Below, piece by piece: positions 38,301 to 62,000 of a stretch of DNA of 64,000 nucleotides. The stretch comes from Tubiluchus corallicola (Eukaryota; Animalia; Priapulida). The DNA lies in NCBI GenBank assembly GCA_030141605.1, contig JAQGDQ010000170.1, positions 310,001-374,000 on the forward strand, given 5' to 3'. Below the pieces are notes generated by a model. That model was not told the DNA's origin. It made no database searches and saw nothing but the letters and a program-made list of their open reading frames with translations. The position numbers and the translations under genes are program-made. Each line of letters starts with the position of its first letter. Within the stretch, counting starts at the first letter, position 1.

Positions 38301-40415
38301 CTAATATAATGTCAATCATTTTCGTTGACTGCCCAATCAGCGTGTAAGTTATTTCACACACCTCTGCAGCAGGTACGTTCGGGACATTTAGCAACAGCTC
38401 CGTCTAACACTGTTATGAAAAATGCTCAACTTTTCGTTAGTTAGCGGGAGAAATATTGGCCTGGTTCTAGATTTTATTATTGTCATTTGAAATTGCAATA
38501 GAATTAGCAGAAATGTATAGTCTAGTTTCGTTTATAGGAAGAAATGCACAACGCTTACGTCTATGAGTTGCTCATTATAACATTTTGCAGTCAAGAAAAT
38601 ACGCAGTTTAGTTTAGTTTATGGCTTTGCAAGTTAGATAAAGACAACTAATTCGTTAACTTTAAATAAAGACAAACCAAAATGTTTTCTTTTCTGGCCAG
38701 TTTTTATAAACATCAATGAGATCTTCACTGTCAAAATTAATTCAAATGTAGTCAAAACTTATATTATACATCAATCTAATATTAGCTATTTTTACGCTAT
38801 TTTTCTGCTTATAATCAAGGTTAAAAGATACCATTGGGACTCATGTGACTCGGGCATTCAATATAAGGGTTGTCTATGGGATGGAACGGTCAAATTTATT
38901 CCATTTCCGTAGCCCGACAAACAGAAAATACAAAACCTTAATAAATCTTGCAGACGAGCACATGATCAATTAATATAAAAAAATACATCGCAGGCTTGAT
39001 GTTCGTATGTTTAAAGCCAAGAGAGACTTTCAAATCTTTGGTTGCTCATTTATTGTAAAGCAAGGCTAACTGGCTTAGTTTCTTTATTATATTTATGTCT
39101 CTGAATTTTGTAGCGCTTTTAAACTTCGTCTCTAAAAATACATTCTGTTTAAATTGAAAAGTCACCTTTCGGCTACTTGAAGTGTTAATTTCGTGTTAAA
39201 ATAGCTGCTGCTCTGCAAATTTGTGTTTATGACAAAGAGCAATCAGTTTATCTGCTGATTAGACATTAGTTGTGACTGTCATGTTGTTAGTTTAGCTTAG
39301 ACAGTTGCTGTAATGCGTGAGCTGTTGTCCCGAATGCTGCTGAGCGTGCTTACGTTGCAGCGGGGGCGGAGCAACAGACAAATATGCTTGACGTCAATTA
39401 CAGAAAAACTGGAAAATTTTTTTAACGGTATATTGGACTTTATGTAACTTGCACAAAATTACTCTTTTACAGCAAGCTTTTATGCAATTCATTTGCCTTT
39501 CGTAAAAGCAATTTAACAATAAATGTTTTGACACTAACAAGAAATATTATATTTTAAAATAAACTCTTTACATCTCTTGTGCTGTTTATGTTCATGTTGT
39601 TTGTAATCGTATAATAGACAGTACGTCTCTTAAATACGAAAGCGTGAAGAGGGCTGTTGCCCATTCGATTGTAAAGCAAAAAAACCTGGTCATAACCTCA
39701 ATGGTTAATACACTTTAGAGCTTAAACACTTTACGAATGCTTGTTTTAGCAATTAAGGCCTCAATTGTTAATGCAGTTTCTTTTCTCGTTCTTATAGTAC
39801 AATAATAGCATTCGGACTATTTGCGTCTTAAACCGCATGTGAAAGAGTAAAATGAAATTTACTATCAAGAAAACTATAAAAATTACTTTTAATTATAAGT
39901 GAATGTTTGAAAACCCTCTTTGCATTAAACTTAAGAGCATCGTTTCTAATTGAATCACGTATTACAAACGATGATGATAGGATGTTTGATGTGATCAAGA
40001 AAGAGATTTTTTGTTAGCTAGTCCTATTTTGGCCACCAATGTACATTTGAAGTTTTTAATTACCAGTTATATATGAAAACTCTTCATTATATATGAAAAC
40101 AAAATTATTAGTTATTTCACCAGTTTGTTTACTATTGCAACATTAATAATATAGTCGTTATTCAGTTAATCAATGTAGCAGAAACATTACAGTAAATAAT
40201 TCATAAAAGGTCGTCTTTATAAATACATGTGCTAATTAACTTTTATCTTCTGTGAATTCGATCTACTTTTCATTGCAAATGCGTAAATATCAATGCATGA
40301 CGTTCATATTGAAACTTGTTTAATTTAATTAATGAATCAATTAATAACAATGCGTCTTTAACTTACCTGCAACTATTACAGCAGGCAACAGCAACAAATA
40401 GTTCATCATCGTCAT
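29311..40415 (-). CDS. Secreted protein with three chitin-binding peritrophin-A (CBM14)-like domains, propeptide and Thr-rich linker (~308 aa, 7 exons)
   Basis: Exons 40415-40367 (MTMMNYLLLLPAVIVA), 37199-37122 (VTSENALEDSVHRDKRQVSEQRFLGS), 36054-35827 (complete domain 1), 34028-33889, 30717-30516, 29826-29684 and 29397-29311 (TGA). All GT-AG, phases consistent, 927 nt. Each domain has [DN]PxNCxxFxxC...C...[IV]YN....CD. Confidence 0.85.
31520..32030. mobile_element. Foldback/MITE-like element with long internally repetitive inverted arms
   Basis: The left arm is built of CATTATGTAACA-like units (31520-31673) and the right arm of TGTTACATAATG units (31911-32030). About 95 nt of the two arms align as reverse complements around a ~240-bp spacer. 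Confidence 0.75.
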
Positions 40416-40849
40416 GACTGCTCTACTGATGAGAACCCTAATAAGCGCTTAGAGTGAACGTGTGTGATGTTCACCGCTTGGCGATCAAGTCATCGACTCA
40501 TGCGTCATAGCCAAGGAAGGTCCCTATAAAGTACCACGTACCTGTGCAGGTAGCTGAGCGCATAATCACATGGAAGGTGATTGGCGATGTTTATGTCAAA
40601 AGCTTAATCGCCGTTATTTATCATCGCGTCTGACTTGGACCATCAGGTCGAAGAAAATTAGCACACCGGTGTGCGATGAAAAAAATTATCAAGGGAGTTG
40701 TCTGGATCGATAGAGAAAGTTGATTCAAAATCCAAAGGTTAATCGATCAAAGCAGGCTTCATAGTAGAAGTGGCGGTGGTGCACCAGCCAGCAGTACCAT
40801 GCATCATCAGTAGTAGCAACACTAGGAGCAGCACCAGCGGCAGTAGCAG

Positions 40850-40956
40850 CAGTAGTAGGTAGTAGTATTGGTGGTGGTGGCGGTGGTGGTGGTGGTTGGT
40901 AGTAGTAGTGCTGGTGGGGGTGGTAGTGGTGGTGGTGGTGATAGTGGTGGTGTTAA

Positions 40957-41053
<97 letters not shown>

Positions 41054-41150
41054 TGTTGTTGTTGTTGTAGTGTTACTAGTAGTGGTGGTGGTAGTGGTGG
41101 TGGTGGCAGCGGCGGTGGTGGTGGTGGTAGTAATAGTAGTGTACGAGTAG
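40850..41150. repeat. (GGT)n/(AGT)n/(TGT)n compound trinucleotide repeat
   Basis: Direct reading. Explains the poly-S/V/L ORFs. Confidence 0.95.
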
Positions 41151-42248
41151 TACCAGCAGCCAGCAACGGTACTAAACTCTTTTATTTGGGATTAACGCTG
41201 ACTATCATAATGCGAGCATTACAGACAATCAATCAGTGTTAGTTTATGGCAAAGCACACGCTGTTCTGGATTAGCTTACTATAAATGCAACAACGATTTT
41301 TGGTAAAAGATAAAATAGACTAGGTACACTGGAGTTGTAATCTCAGTGTTGGCTGTATTTGATGTGTGATGAAATATTAATTAGCAATGAGACATGTGGA
41401 TTTCCAGTCCTTACTAGGGTGGGTAAAACTAGGAATCTAGTATAAAAAAACAACTGCAGATCAACAGTCCCGGAATATATAAATCGTGGTCTGAGACAAC
41501 GTCTATCCATGCAAAATGGTAGTAATCCAAATGAATTAAGTTGACAGGATTTTCAGGGTTACAAATTGTTTTATGGCTTTGACACGCCCTTGAACATTGT
41601 CAACATGAAACAGTTCACGTTTTCTTGATAGTGATGACTGGAATGAAATAGCAGTAATTTTGTCACCAATAACATGCTTGTGATTGCAAACGCCTCCTCC
41701 CAAGTTATGTTGGGGTGTAGCTGTCAAATAAAGGAAGCATGGTCGAGAAATCTGAACTTTTCCTTGGCGATGTTATTATAGGCTGGTATTCCGCTGCACA
41801 AGTTCAATTAGTCGATTTTGACGAATATATTTTACTGATTAAACTTGTTCATTTCAACAACAATGTCAATCATGAATCTGCTACGAATAAAGAGCTTTTA
41901 CTTATTAACTAAAGACAACGTACTGCACAGTGTAAAAATGCATTTAATTAGTAAGAGTTATTAAAACACTTTATTTTACTATTAAGCCAACATTACTATT
42001 AAGGAACAACAAAATATACTTGATCAGTAGACGAGAAAGCAAACTCACGCTTTATTCTTGTATAACAGGCATATTCTGGTATGTTCTGCTAAATTTTCTT
42101 CTTGATTGACTTTCTGCAGGCCACGAAATCCCGAATGTGTTGTAGTCTTTCTTTCGCTGTTATATGAATAACAGAAAAGTTCACTGAAGCTTCTAAAAAT
42201 TCAATTTCTGACTGCAATGATACAACGAAAATTGACCTGCTGTCAATA

Positions 42249-42496
<248 letters not shown>

Positions 42497-44125
42497 CTAT
42501 AATCTCAGGATTATAGGCAGTTGTTTCCGTCTAGGTCTTGAATTATTACTCTAAGGCATGTAAATGTTATTCGTTTTTTGTGTGTAGTGTTTCCACCTTT
42601 ATAAAATTTGGCTGCTAACTACGTACCAAAAACGCATGAAAAACACTACAAGAACTGTCTTAATCCTGCAAGTATAAAAATATGATCTGCTTTTAAAAGG
42701 AACAAAGTCTTCCTTCGTATTAATATAAATTAAAAAATGGTTTACCTCATTTCTTTCACAATAACTTTCAAATCCTATAATTATGTTAATTTTTAATAAC
42801 ATTTTCATATTGTGGGCTCATCGTAAAAACGAGCCTGGCACAAACTGTCACAGAATCGTAAAACCTGTTTCATTAGCTGTTGCTTTATCGGTTCATCTAT
42901 TATGAAATGCATGCGATTATTAGCAAAATTATTCAAGAAAGCTGTAGGTGTCATTAATAACAACGGAGAAAGCTCACACAACGTTTTTGATTGATTAACA
43001 TGTTTTACTTTTAGTTACATAATTTTCGTTCCGGATCGTACCATGATTACGCCTTGCGCCAGCTTTGTTGGTTATGAGGTGGCAAATTTTATAAGACTGC
43101 GACCAAGCTATTTTAGCTATAATCTTTAATCACCACTATCGCGGCAATTGGTGATGACAGTCTTAGGTAAATGATGGTGGTAATTGGTAATTGGTGGCAT
43201 TCCTGGTGTCCTGCAATAATAAATCTTTTATTTGTTTATTTATTTTCTCAGTCAGTTACGATTTAAATTCCACAAAAGTGCAAAATTGAGAATATGTTGC
43301 CTAAGACTGTGTACTCACTTTTAACGTCACTTTAAAATAAGGTACAGAATTACTACAGCATATAGATACAGCAGAAGCATCATATTGACAAATAAAAAAT
43401 TTCTTCAGTGTAAAGCAATAAGCCGCTTGTAGTTTGCACAAGGTATGCAGATTATAACTTACCCAAAGAGCAACCTATAGAAGACGCTGAGGAAGATGCT
43501 CTCAGGACCTCGAGTCATTGATTCCTAACAGTTTGTGCATTGTTTGTTTGTAATAACATGAAATAATCGTGTTATTTATTTCTATGTTACAGTTTTGTTT
43601 TTTGTATCTACGTTATAATTTTGTTGTTACTGTTTTTAATTAGAAAGTCAAAATGATTAACAGAGTAACGAACGGATTCTTGGCTACTTACTCATTAATT
43701 TTTAGGTTTAATTTAAAGCGAAACAGATGACACGTGAAAGCATGTGTAACTGAATTTTTATACGTCATCAATTTCATCACTGATGAAATTTTATAAATAA
43801 AAAAGTAGAGTGGAAGCTATATAACTAACCACCGTGCATGTCTAACAAAGGCTAAATGCTTTCTGAGTAACAAAAGTTACTCTCACTGCTTTTTAAGTTA
43901 AAGCATGGAACGAAAGCTATACAACTGTAAGTAACAGTTACATTACCTATCTAACAAAAGCCAAGCACTCTGCGTATTACTACATGTATATAATGAAAGC
44001 ACACGATGTTTATTTTATCATACAAATGCAACTGGTTAAGAAAGCAAACAGTTTCAGACAATAATGAAAATTTCAGAAAATTACTGGCGCTGTGAATAAT
44101 TAAAACCACTAATGTGGGAAGATAA

Positions 44126-54639
<10,514 letters not shown>

Positions 54640-56046
54640 AGGATAATTACAGTATTATTACCACCAATTACGTGTGCACCACAATTTATAAAACTACGAA
54701 GGAAGCTTTACGGTAGTGGTAGTAACCAGTTGTCATCTTGGCAATCATCAAACTGTATACCTATCTATTGATACTAAAACTAGTATCAAAGTCTAAGACT
54801 AAATCAATCTTGTTATTAATGTAGGCCCTAGGTCAGCGCATGTAGGGAGTCCGCATAACTAAATTTTTGTTTATAGTCAAATGTAAGAAAACATTGGGCT
54901 ATTTTAAGCAGCATTTTGCGGCATATTCATAATAGTTATGCAAAAAAGTGTATTTTATAGACTTTGCTGTGTGAAGCTCAAACACATTTTTGGACAAGCG
55001 CATGGTGTGTAAGATGAATAACCTGCTCATGTAACTCAATCAGAAATCGCCGGTAATGAAAATTTATGTAATTACAGATATGGTTGCTATTCTTAAACCT
55101 TTGTCACTACCTTCGCCATCATTATTCGTGAACCAATACTAATTGAAAGTTAATTAGCTGTTTTAACAACAAACACATTCTGAGAATGCAAAATGAACAG
55201 AAAACCGTAAAAATAAAACTACAAATAAATGTTAACAAATAATATAACCTTATATTATAACGTTTGGTCAACTCATTTCGTACAAGAGAGCAAAAAATTT
55301 AAATTAAGCAATAATTATTGCCTTTATTTAATAAATCACAATGACGTGGTAATGCAATGCTTGCAAACGAAAATGTTTCCGCCTATTACACCTAGCTGTC
55401 GCCACTTAATTATTACTGTAATTATAATAATAATTATATAATTATAATAATTATAATTATTATAATAATGTAATAATGCAAAAATTATTACATTATTATT
55501 TTAATGTACATAATCATTACAAATTGTTGAGAATTATTTTTATTTTATTACAAAATCAAGGCCAGTCTAGAAAAACTTAATGGTGATTTCAGTCATTGCA
55601 ATGAAAAGTAGTCAGTTTTACTCGGTGTTCTTTAGAAACTAAGTTGTAAGAAAAACGACCATCGCTAAAAATTCTTTCTAACTGTAATACAAACACTGGT
55701 AGAAATTGTAGATGTATCTGGTTTTTACACTTTCATTAGCGGATTGTGCTTATATTATGAAAAATAAACACTTACATTGGCCAGCACTGCTGACAGTCTT
55801 CAAACTGAAATCTCCAATCTTCAAATCGAAAATTACAAAGTTAACTCGCTATCAATTAAAAAACTGCAATTTTCGTCACTAGAGGACACCAGCCTCTTCT
55901 ACGATATAAATTCAAAAACAAAAAAGAAACAAAACACGCCTGCTCTAATTAAATACATACAGCAAATTATATACAAAAATTCAAGCAACAATTATCACAA
56001 TGTGCACCGTTATAATTTTGAAACTCAGCACGCATTATTAATATTA

Positions 56047-59000
56047 TTATTGAGCCATCAAAATGTTTGCTACTTCGTTTTTAGTAAAAGCATATAGAAC
56101 GCAAGCTCCACCCGCCAATGCCGCAGACGAAAACGCAATTTTAAAAACTTTGAAGTCTTTTGGTACCGTCATGACTTTAACGCATGACGTGTTTTCACTT
56201 AGCTCAAGTGGTCCGACAATGGTTTCACCTTGCACAATCCCTACACATATAGTGTAATTTGTACCAGGTTTCAAATGGTCCACTACTTGGTATCTTTGCA
56301 TACTATTTAGTTCCATTCCTTCAACGAAGTCAAGGTCGCCTTCTTGCTCGTAAACGCGGAATCCAGTAATGGATTCCTTTATACCAGGTTTTACATACCA
56401 ACCAACTGTTATATAAGTTTGTTGACAGTCCATTGTGTAAACTTGGATGTTACCATCAAAATCTGGTATCTCAACTGACGGCCATATTTTTGGCGCATAT
56501 GTCGATGATACGATAGGCTGAGTTGTTGTCCCAATAGTTGTGAGTGGTGTTCTTCTTGTAGTTTCTCGTATAGTGGTCGGCGCTGTCTGACTTGTTGTTG
56601 GTCCCTCTGTTGTCGTTGAACTTGGCTTAGTAGTAGTTTCTGGTGCTTTTGTTGTTGGTGTAGGTGTAGGTGTTTGCAATCTGACAGTTGTGGTGTCGGG
56701 GTCGGGGGAAGTTTGAGGCGGTTCTGTAGTTGTTTTCAAACGAATTTCTTGAGCTGTTACTGTTGGTGATGATGTTGTTGGCGGTGATGTTGGAATACTT
56801 ATTGTGGCTGTAGGACGAGTTGGCAAGACTGGTAAAACTTCAGTTGGTGTCTGTGTGGAAGGTGTGGTTGTTGGTGCTTGTGTGGTAGTGCGGGTAGTGG
56901 TTGGCTGTTGTGTGGTAGTTGAAGGCTGGGTGGTGGAAGGCATGGTTGTTGGTGCTTGTGTGGTAGTGGAGGTAGTGTCTGGTGGTGTGGTAGTTGGAGG
57001 CTGGATGGTAGAAGGCATGGTTGTTGGTGCTTGTGTGGTAGTGGGGGTAGTGGTTGGCTGTTGTGTGGTAGTTGATGGCTGGGTGGTGGAAGGTGTGGTT
57101 GTTGGTGCTTGTGTGGTAGTGGAGGTAGTGGTTGGTGGTTGCGTGGTAGTTGGAGGCTGGGTGGTAAATTGTGCAGTTGTTGGCTGTTGTGTGGTAGTTG
57201 GGGTGGTGATTGGCGATTGGGTAGTTGTAGGTGGTTGAGTTGTTGTAGTAGCAGACGTTGTGGCAGCCGGTGTTGTTGTACGACCTGGTGTGGTCGGCTC
57301 TTCGGTACTGAGTTCGAAAATAGGTGGAGTTTCTGGAGGTTGTTTTGTTGTTGGTTTTTTGGTTGTAAATGGTGGATTGATCAATGGTTCGGTCGCATTC
57401 TCACACCCTTGCAGTGTCATATCCGCCTCCAGTAATGGAATACCTTTAAATTTCAAGACATGCTAAATTAATTAATTAATCCGTAAATTATGCTACACGT
57501 TTTGATATAAACTGATACGTCTTTAAGTCATTTCTTTTTGCCGACTTGTCAGCACAGACCCTATTTTCCTGGGAAACTATACGTATTTTCTTTTGTTTAA
57601 TGCTCGTCACACATTTTAGCTAGTTGACGTATCTAGTTTGATAACACTTAGTTATCAAACAAAAGTAATTTTAACCTATCATCTAGAACACTGATAGCTG
57701 CTTAAATGTAAGAACATGAAGAACTACTCTGATTATTGTCTGATGCTGTCGTTCTAATTACTTTTGCAAATCTGAATGTAGTAACTTTTAATTTGATGGT
57801 GATTTGTAGACAAACCTGAGTAGAGTTCTGGAGCCGAGCAGGTAGCTTTATATAGATCATTTCTAATCAACTCGCAGTTTTCCCATTTATCTTTTGCACC
57901 TGAAAGTAAAACATTGGAAATATTACATTTACATAGCACTTCATAAAGTTTGGTATGCTCTGAATGGAACTAATGTATGGAAGTTTTTACTGATACACTT
58001 ATTATTATTTCATTCAAGTTCGTAGTCGCAGATAATAGTTATTATCGTTCTGCTGATGTTGCTGATGCGGTTACTGTTGTTTTTGTTGTGGTTATCCTTG
58101 TTATTGTTGTCATTAGCATCAGTGTCATCGTTGACACTGCTTTTATGTTGATGTTGCTGCTTTGCTATTTTGTTCACTCTGATTATTACTGCTGCTGCTA
58201 TTGTTGTCGCTGTCGTTTTCTCGTCATCGTTGTTATACTTGCCATTGTATTGTTTAGCTTTACCATTATCGTTGCCATTGTTTCTGTCATTATTGTAACT
58301 GCAGTTGTTTGTTGACGCTAGTGCTAATAATAATCTGTAGTGATCTTTAGGGCCGACTATAAATAACAATGTACAGCTACATAACAGAGACTACTATTAA
58401 CCCAAAAGTGCTGTCTTATTACCACAGAAGGATTAATGCTGCCTTGTATTTTTCCCGCCATTAGTTTTGCAATGCTGTGACATTATCCTTGTTGCTAATG
58501 TTGCTAGTCTTCCATTAAATGTTGTTGATATATTCTTGCACTAATATGTTTATAGCCTTACAATGTGCTCAGAACGACGGCGTAGAGTTTGTAATATCAA
58601 CTTAAGAACCACCCACTTAAAACGTTTAACGTTCAAAACAAATTTACCACGCAGCACTATTTGCAAATTTGCAAAATTACCAGAACGTTCAAGCCACTGC
58701 ATCATCCACAACTGAAGTGGCACAATGTTGCAGTCACAGAACCATGGATTTCCTTCTAGGTTCAACTTTACAATGTTTCCTTTGGGCAGGTCAAACACAG
58801 CAGGATCAATGTTGGTGAACTGATTGTTTGATAAATCAATTTCGATTGGTCCGTGGATATCTGCGAAGAAATTTAGTGGCAATGTGCTCACCTAAAACAA
58901 AGTTAAGGTTTCAGTCTGTAGTTACCATTATGATGATACATCACTATTAGTTTCTATTACTATGTATTTAACTTATGTTTTCTTAGTAAATGAAATTCCT

Positions 59001-62000
59001 ACAGCAAAACAGTGTGAGAATGCATGACAGGAAATTTTGGACTTATACAGGAAAAATATAAAGATACAAATTAAGTAATCTAGAATATTTGATTTCAAAT
59101 ATCAAAGAGCAGTTATAAAATAAACTGCACATTGGCAAATATTTGGTGAATTCGCAAGACGTTTAGCCTACCATGGCTACCAAACGATTGTGCACGGTTC
59201 GTCATATGTGTCACCTAATTCAAAACGCCAAAAAACACTTACACTCAGATTTACAAGTTCTCTCACAGCTTAATGTGACAAAAATAAAAATCCTCAAAAT
59301 CGCGTGAATTCGTATTAAAACGTTTTAACATACATGGGTTTAAAACATTACAGACGAGTAAAGATGTTTGAAGGCATGTTGAGGCAGGTGGAAGCAAGTA
59401 GCCTAACGACAAAGCAGTAAATAGAAATTGGGTATCACTCAAATAAATAGTGTTAAAACTGGATTTAGTTTAGTGTACCTGTGTTTCTGTTATTCCATAC
59501 TTCTTTACTTGTTGTCCACGACCATCAGCGGTTTTCTCGTGGGCCGTTTCTGCCCAAAAAGGGGGCACGTATAAAACAGACCGGATTCCTCGTCCACTGA
59601 TGTGCAAACTTGTCAGTCTTGGTAACTCGCTGCTGGGGCAAAGTTCGTCAAACGAGGTTGAAGTCATCTGCACTTTTATGTGTTCAACAAAGTCGAGGTC
59701 ACAAATGCCACTGTTGCCCACATCTGAAAGTCCCTCCCCCATTGACCCATGAAGTTCAAAGCGTTTTAAGTTTGCCAGATTTGACAAAGAGTTTGATTGA
59801 AATGTATCGAGTGAAGATAAATCATTTAATAACAGTTCTTCCAGGTTGTCAAGCCCGACAAAGCTGTTAGGAGTAATTTCAGTTACGGGATTACCTGACA
59901 GGTCGAGACGCCTGAGATTCGGCACAGATGGCCAAAGATAATTTGGAATTTCACGGAAAAGGTTATAAGCCAAATTTAGTTCTTCTACACCAGCATGCAG
60001 TAATCCTACATCAAGTGATGTCAGCTCGTTACCAGGTAAATGTAGTGACTTAGTCTCCATACTGCTGAGATCTAAAACTGGAAGAGATATAAGTTCATTG
60101 TCGCTGAGAACAAGTTTGTGAACTATAGATCCCGAAAGCGTTTCGGCTGATAAAATATCTTTTATTGTTGGATTTCCTGATAAATCTAGTATATCTAGTG
60201 TTAGACCACTAAAAGCACCATCTTCAAGAACACTGATGTCATTGTTAGCCAGGTTAATTGAACGTAGGTTGGTGTTGCCAGTAAAATCGTTCCTTAGAAC
60301 CTCTGTGATCTGATTGCTCGACATGTCAATCACTTCGAGTTTTTTAATTGATTGAAGTCCCTCAGCTGGAACCTTTGTGAAGCTATTGTGATCCAGGTAA
60401 AGGTGGAGACCAGTGTTGTTCAGCATGATCCCCATATTTTGCACGGATGATGGGCGTATGTCTCTCAATTTGTTGTAGCTAAATTTCACCTCCTGGACGT
60501 TTCCTGTGGCATCAAACAGTTGATTAGGCAAATCTTCAATCTCGTTGTGTGAGAAATCAATGTAAGCGAGGTGTTTTGAGTTTGCAAACGTAGTAAAATC
60601 TATCGATTTTATGGTATTACACTGAGCTTCTAAGCGGACAAGTCTCAAACAGGAGAAAGCAAAAGGTGGAATCTCAGAAATAAAATTATTATTCACGCTA
60701 ATCTTTCGAATGGTGGGATTCACTGCACGAAAAACCAGAGTTGGAATATCCCAAACATTGTTATGAGACAAATCGATATTCTCCACACTAATTAGTCCAA
60801 TAAATACATCTTCAGGGACAAATTTTATTCGATTAAATGACAAGTTCAGTGTGCGAAGGCGCTGCAAGAAAGAAAAGTAACCTACTTGGATACGATTAAT
60901 TTCATTATGGCTCAAGTCTAGGTAGCCAAGTTGTGGCAAGTAGCCAAATGTTTCATCATCAATTTTAGAAATTTTGTTGCGAGATAGATCCAACAAATCC
61001 AGAGAATTAGAAACCCAAAAAAAGAAAATTGGTTGAATGTCAGCGATTTGGTTTCCTTTGAGGTAAAGCTTACGCAATTTTTCGTATTTAAAGGGTCTTG
61101 TGCTGTTTAAACGACTTATTTTGTTTGAGGCCAGATTCAGTGATTCCAAAGAACGCAGAAATCTGATACCCATGTAGGGAACGTCAGCCATCAGATTATT
61201 TGCAAGGCTAAGGTATTTCAAACTATCGGCCATTCTCCAAAACGTTTCTTTTTCGATCTCGGTGATTCGGTTGTACTCAGCACTGAACGAATTCAGTTTT
61301 ACCACATTAAGTAGTCCAAGATCATCTTTTATGTTTCGCACTTGATTATCGTCAAGTTTCAGAATTTTCAAGTTGGGAAAGTACTGAAGCGACTGCCCTA
61401 ACTCAGTGAGCTTATTGCCTCTTAGATCTAGCTCTGTCAAGTTACCATTGAATTGGCGGAAAGCTTCATCATCTATCTGAACTAGTCCATTTTTGCGAAT
61501 ATTTAATGCTGTGAGTGATGCCAGTCCCACTACAGTATCAGCATCCAGTGTTCTTATATCATTTCTGTTAAGATCTAGTGAAACTAGGTCATTTAGTTCC
61601 GACACGCCATCTGTGGGAAAATCTTGTAACCGATTATCTTGCAGTCCCACTTCTTTCACACCGCTTGGGATGGCACCAGATGGGATGTTTTCTATTTTGT
61701 TACCGGGAAGGTCTAATCGCCCGGTGGTTCTTGTTGGTATATTGGGAAGAGTTCTATAGTTACCGTACTGAATGAAAACATCACGATCTGTTTGGCTGAA
61801 GCCCGTACTGCTGCTCTGAGGCGAAGCCAAGTCAGCGTCGCACCTCAAATCATCTGCACTACAATAACAGGCGGGTTCGGTAACCGTTCCACCACCATCA
61901 CATTGTTCTGTAGCACCACTGACACTGGACAAACCACTCAGAGTGAACATTAACATCAGTAAGCACAACTTCAGCAACTGAAAAAATAAGAAATTTGTAC

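Noticed and set aside
21520-40510. TGACG(C/T) CRE-like words upstream of both pentraxins and the CBM14 gene
   Set aside because: Short words expected by chance; no consistent spacing or orientation.
56804-57466. Val/Gly/Cys-rich + strand ORFs
   Set aside because: Antisense of the Thr/Pro mucin-coding exon.
57977-58369. Hydrophobic and Asn-rich ORFs
   Set aside because: Intronic degenerate trinucleotide low-complexity sequence; the flanking exons join in frame without it.
59240-59402. Extra LRR-like mini-exons (HLPQHAFKHLYS; VRELVNLS)
   Set aside because: The direct join 59479->58891 already yields a complete LRR (VKKYGITETQ|VSTLP); no need or support for extra exons.
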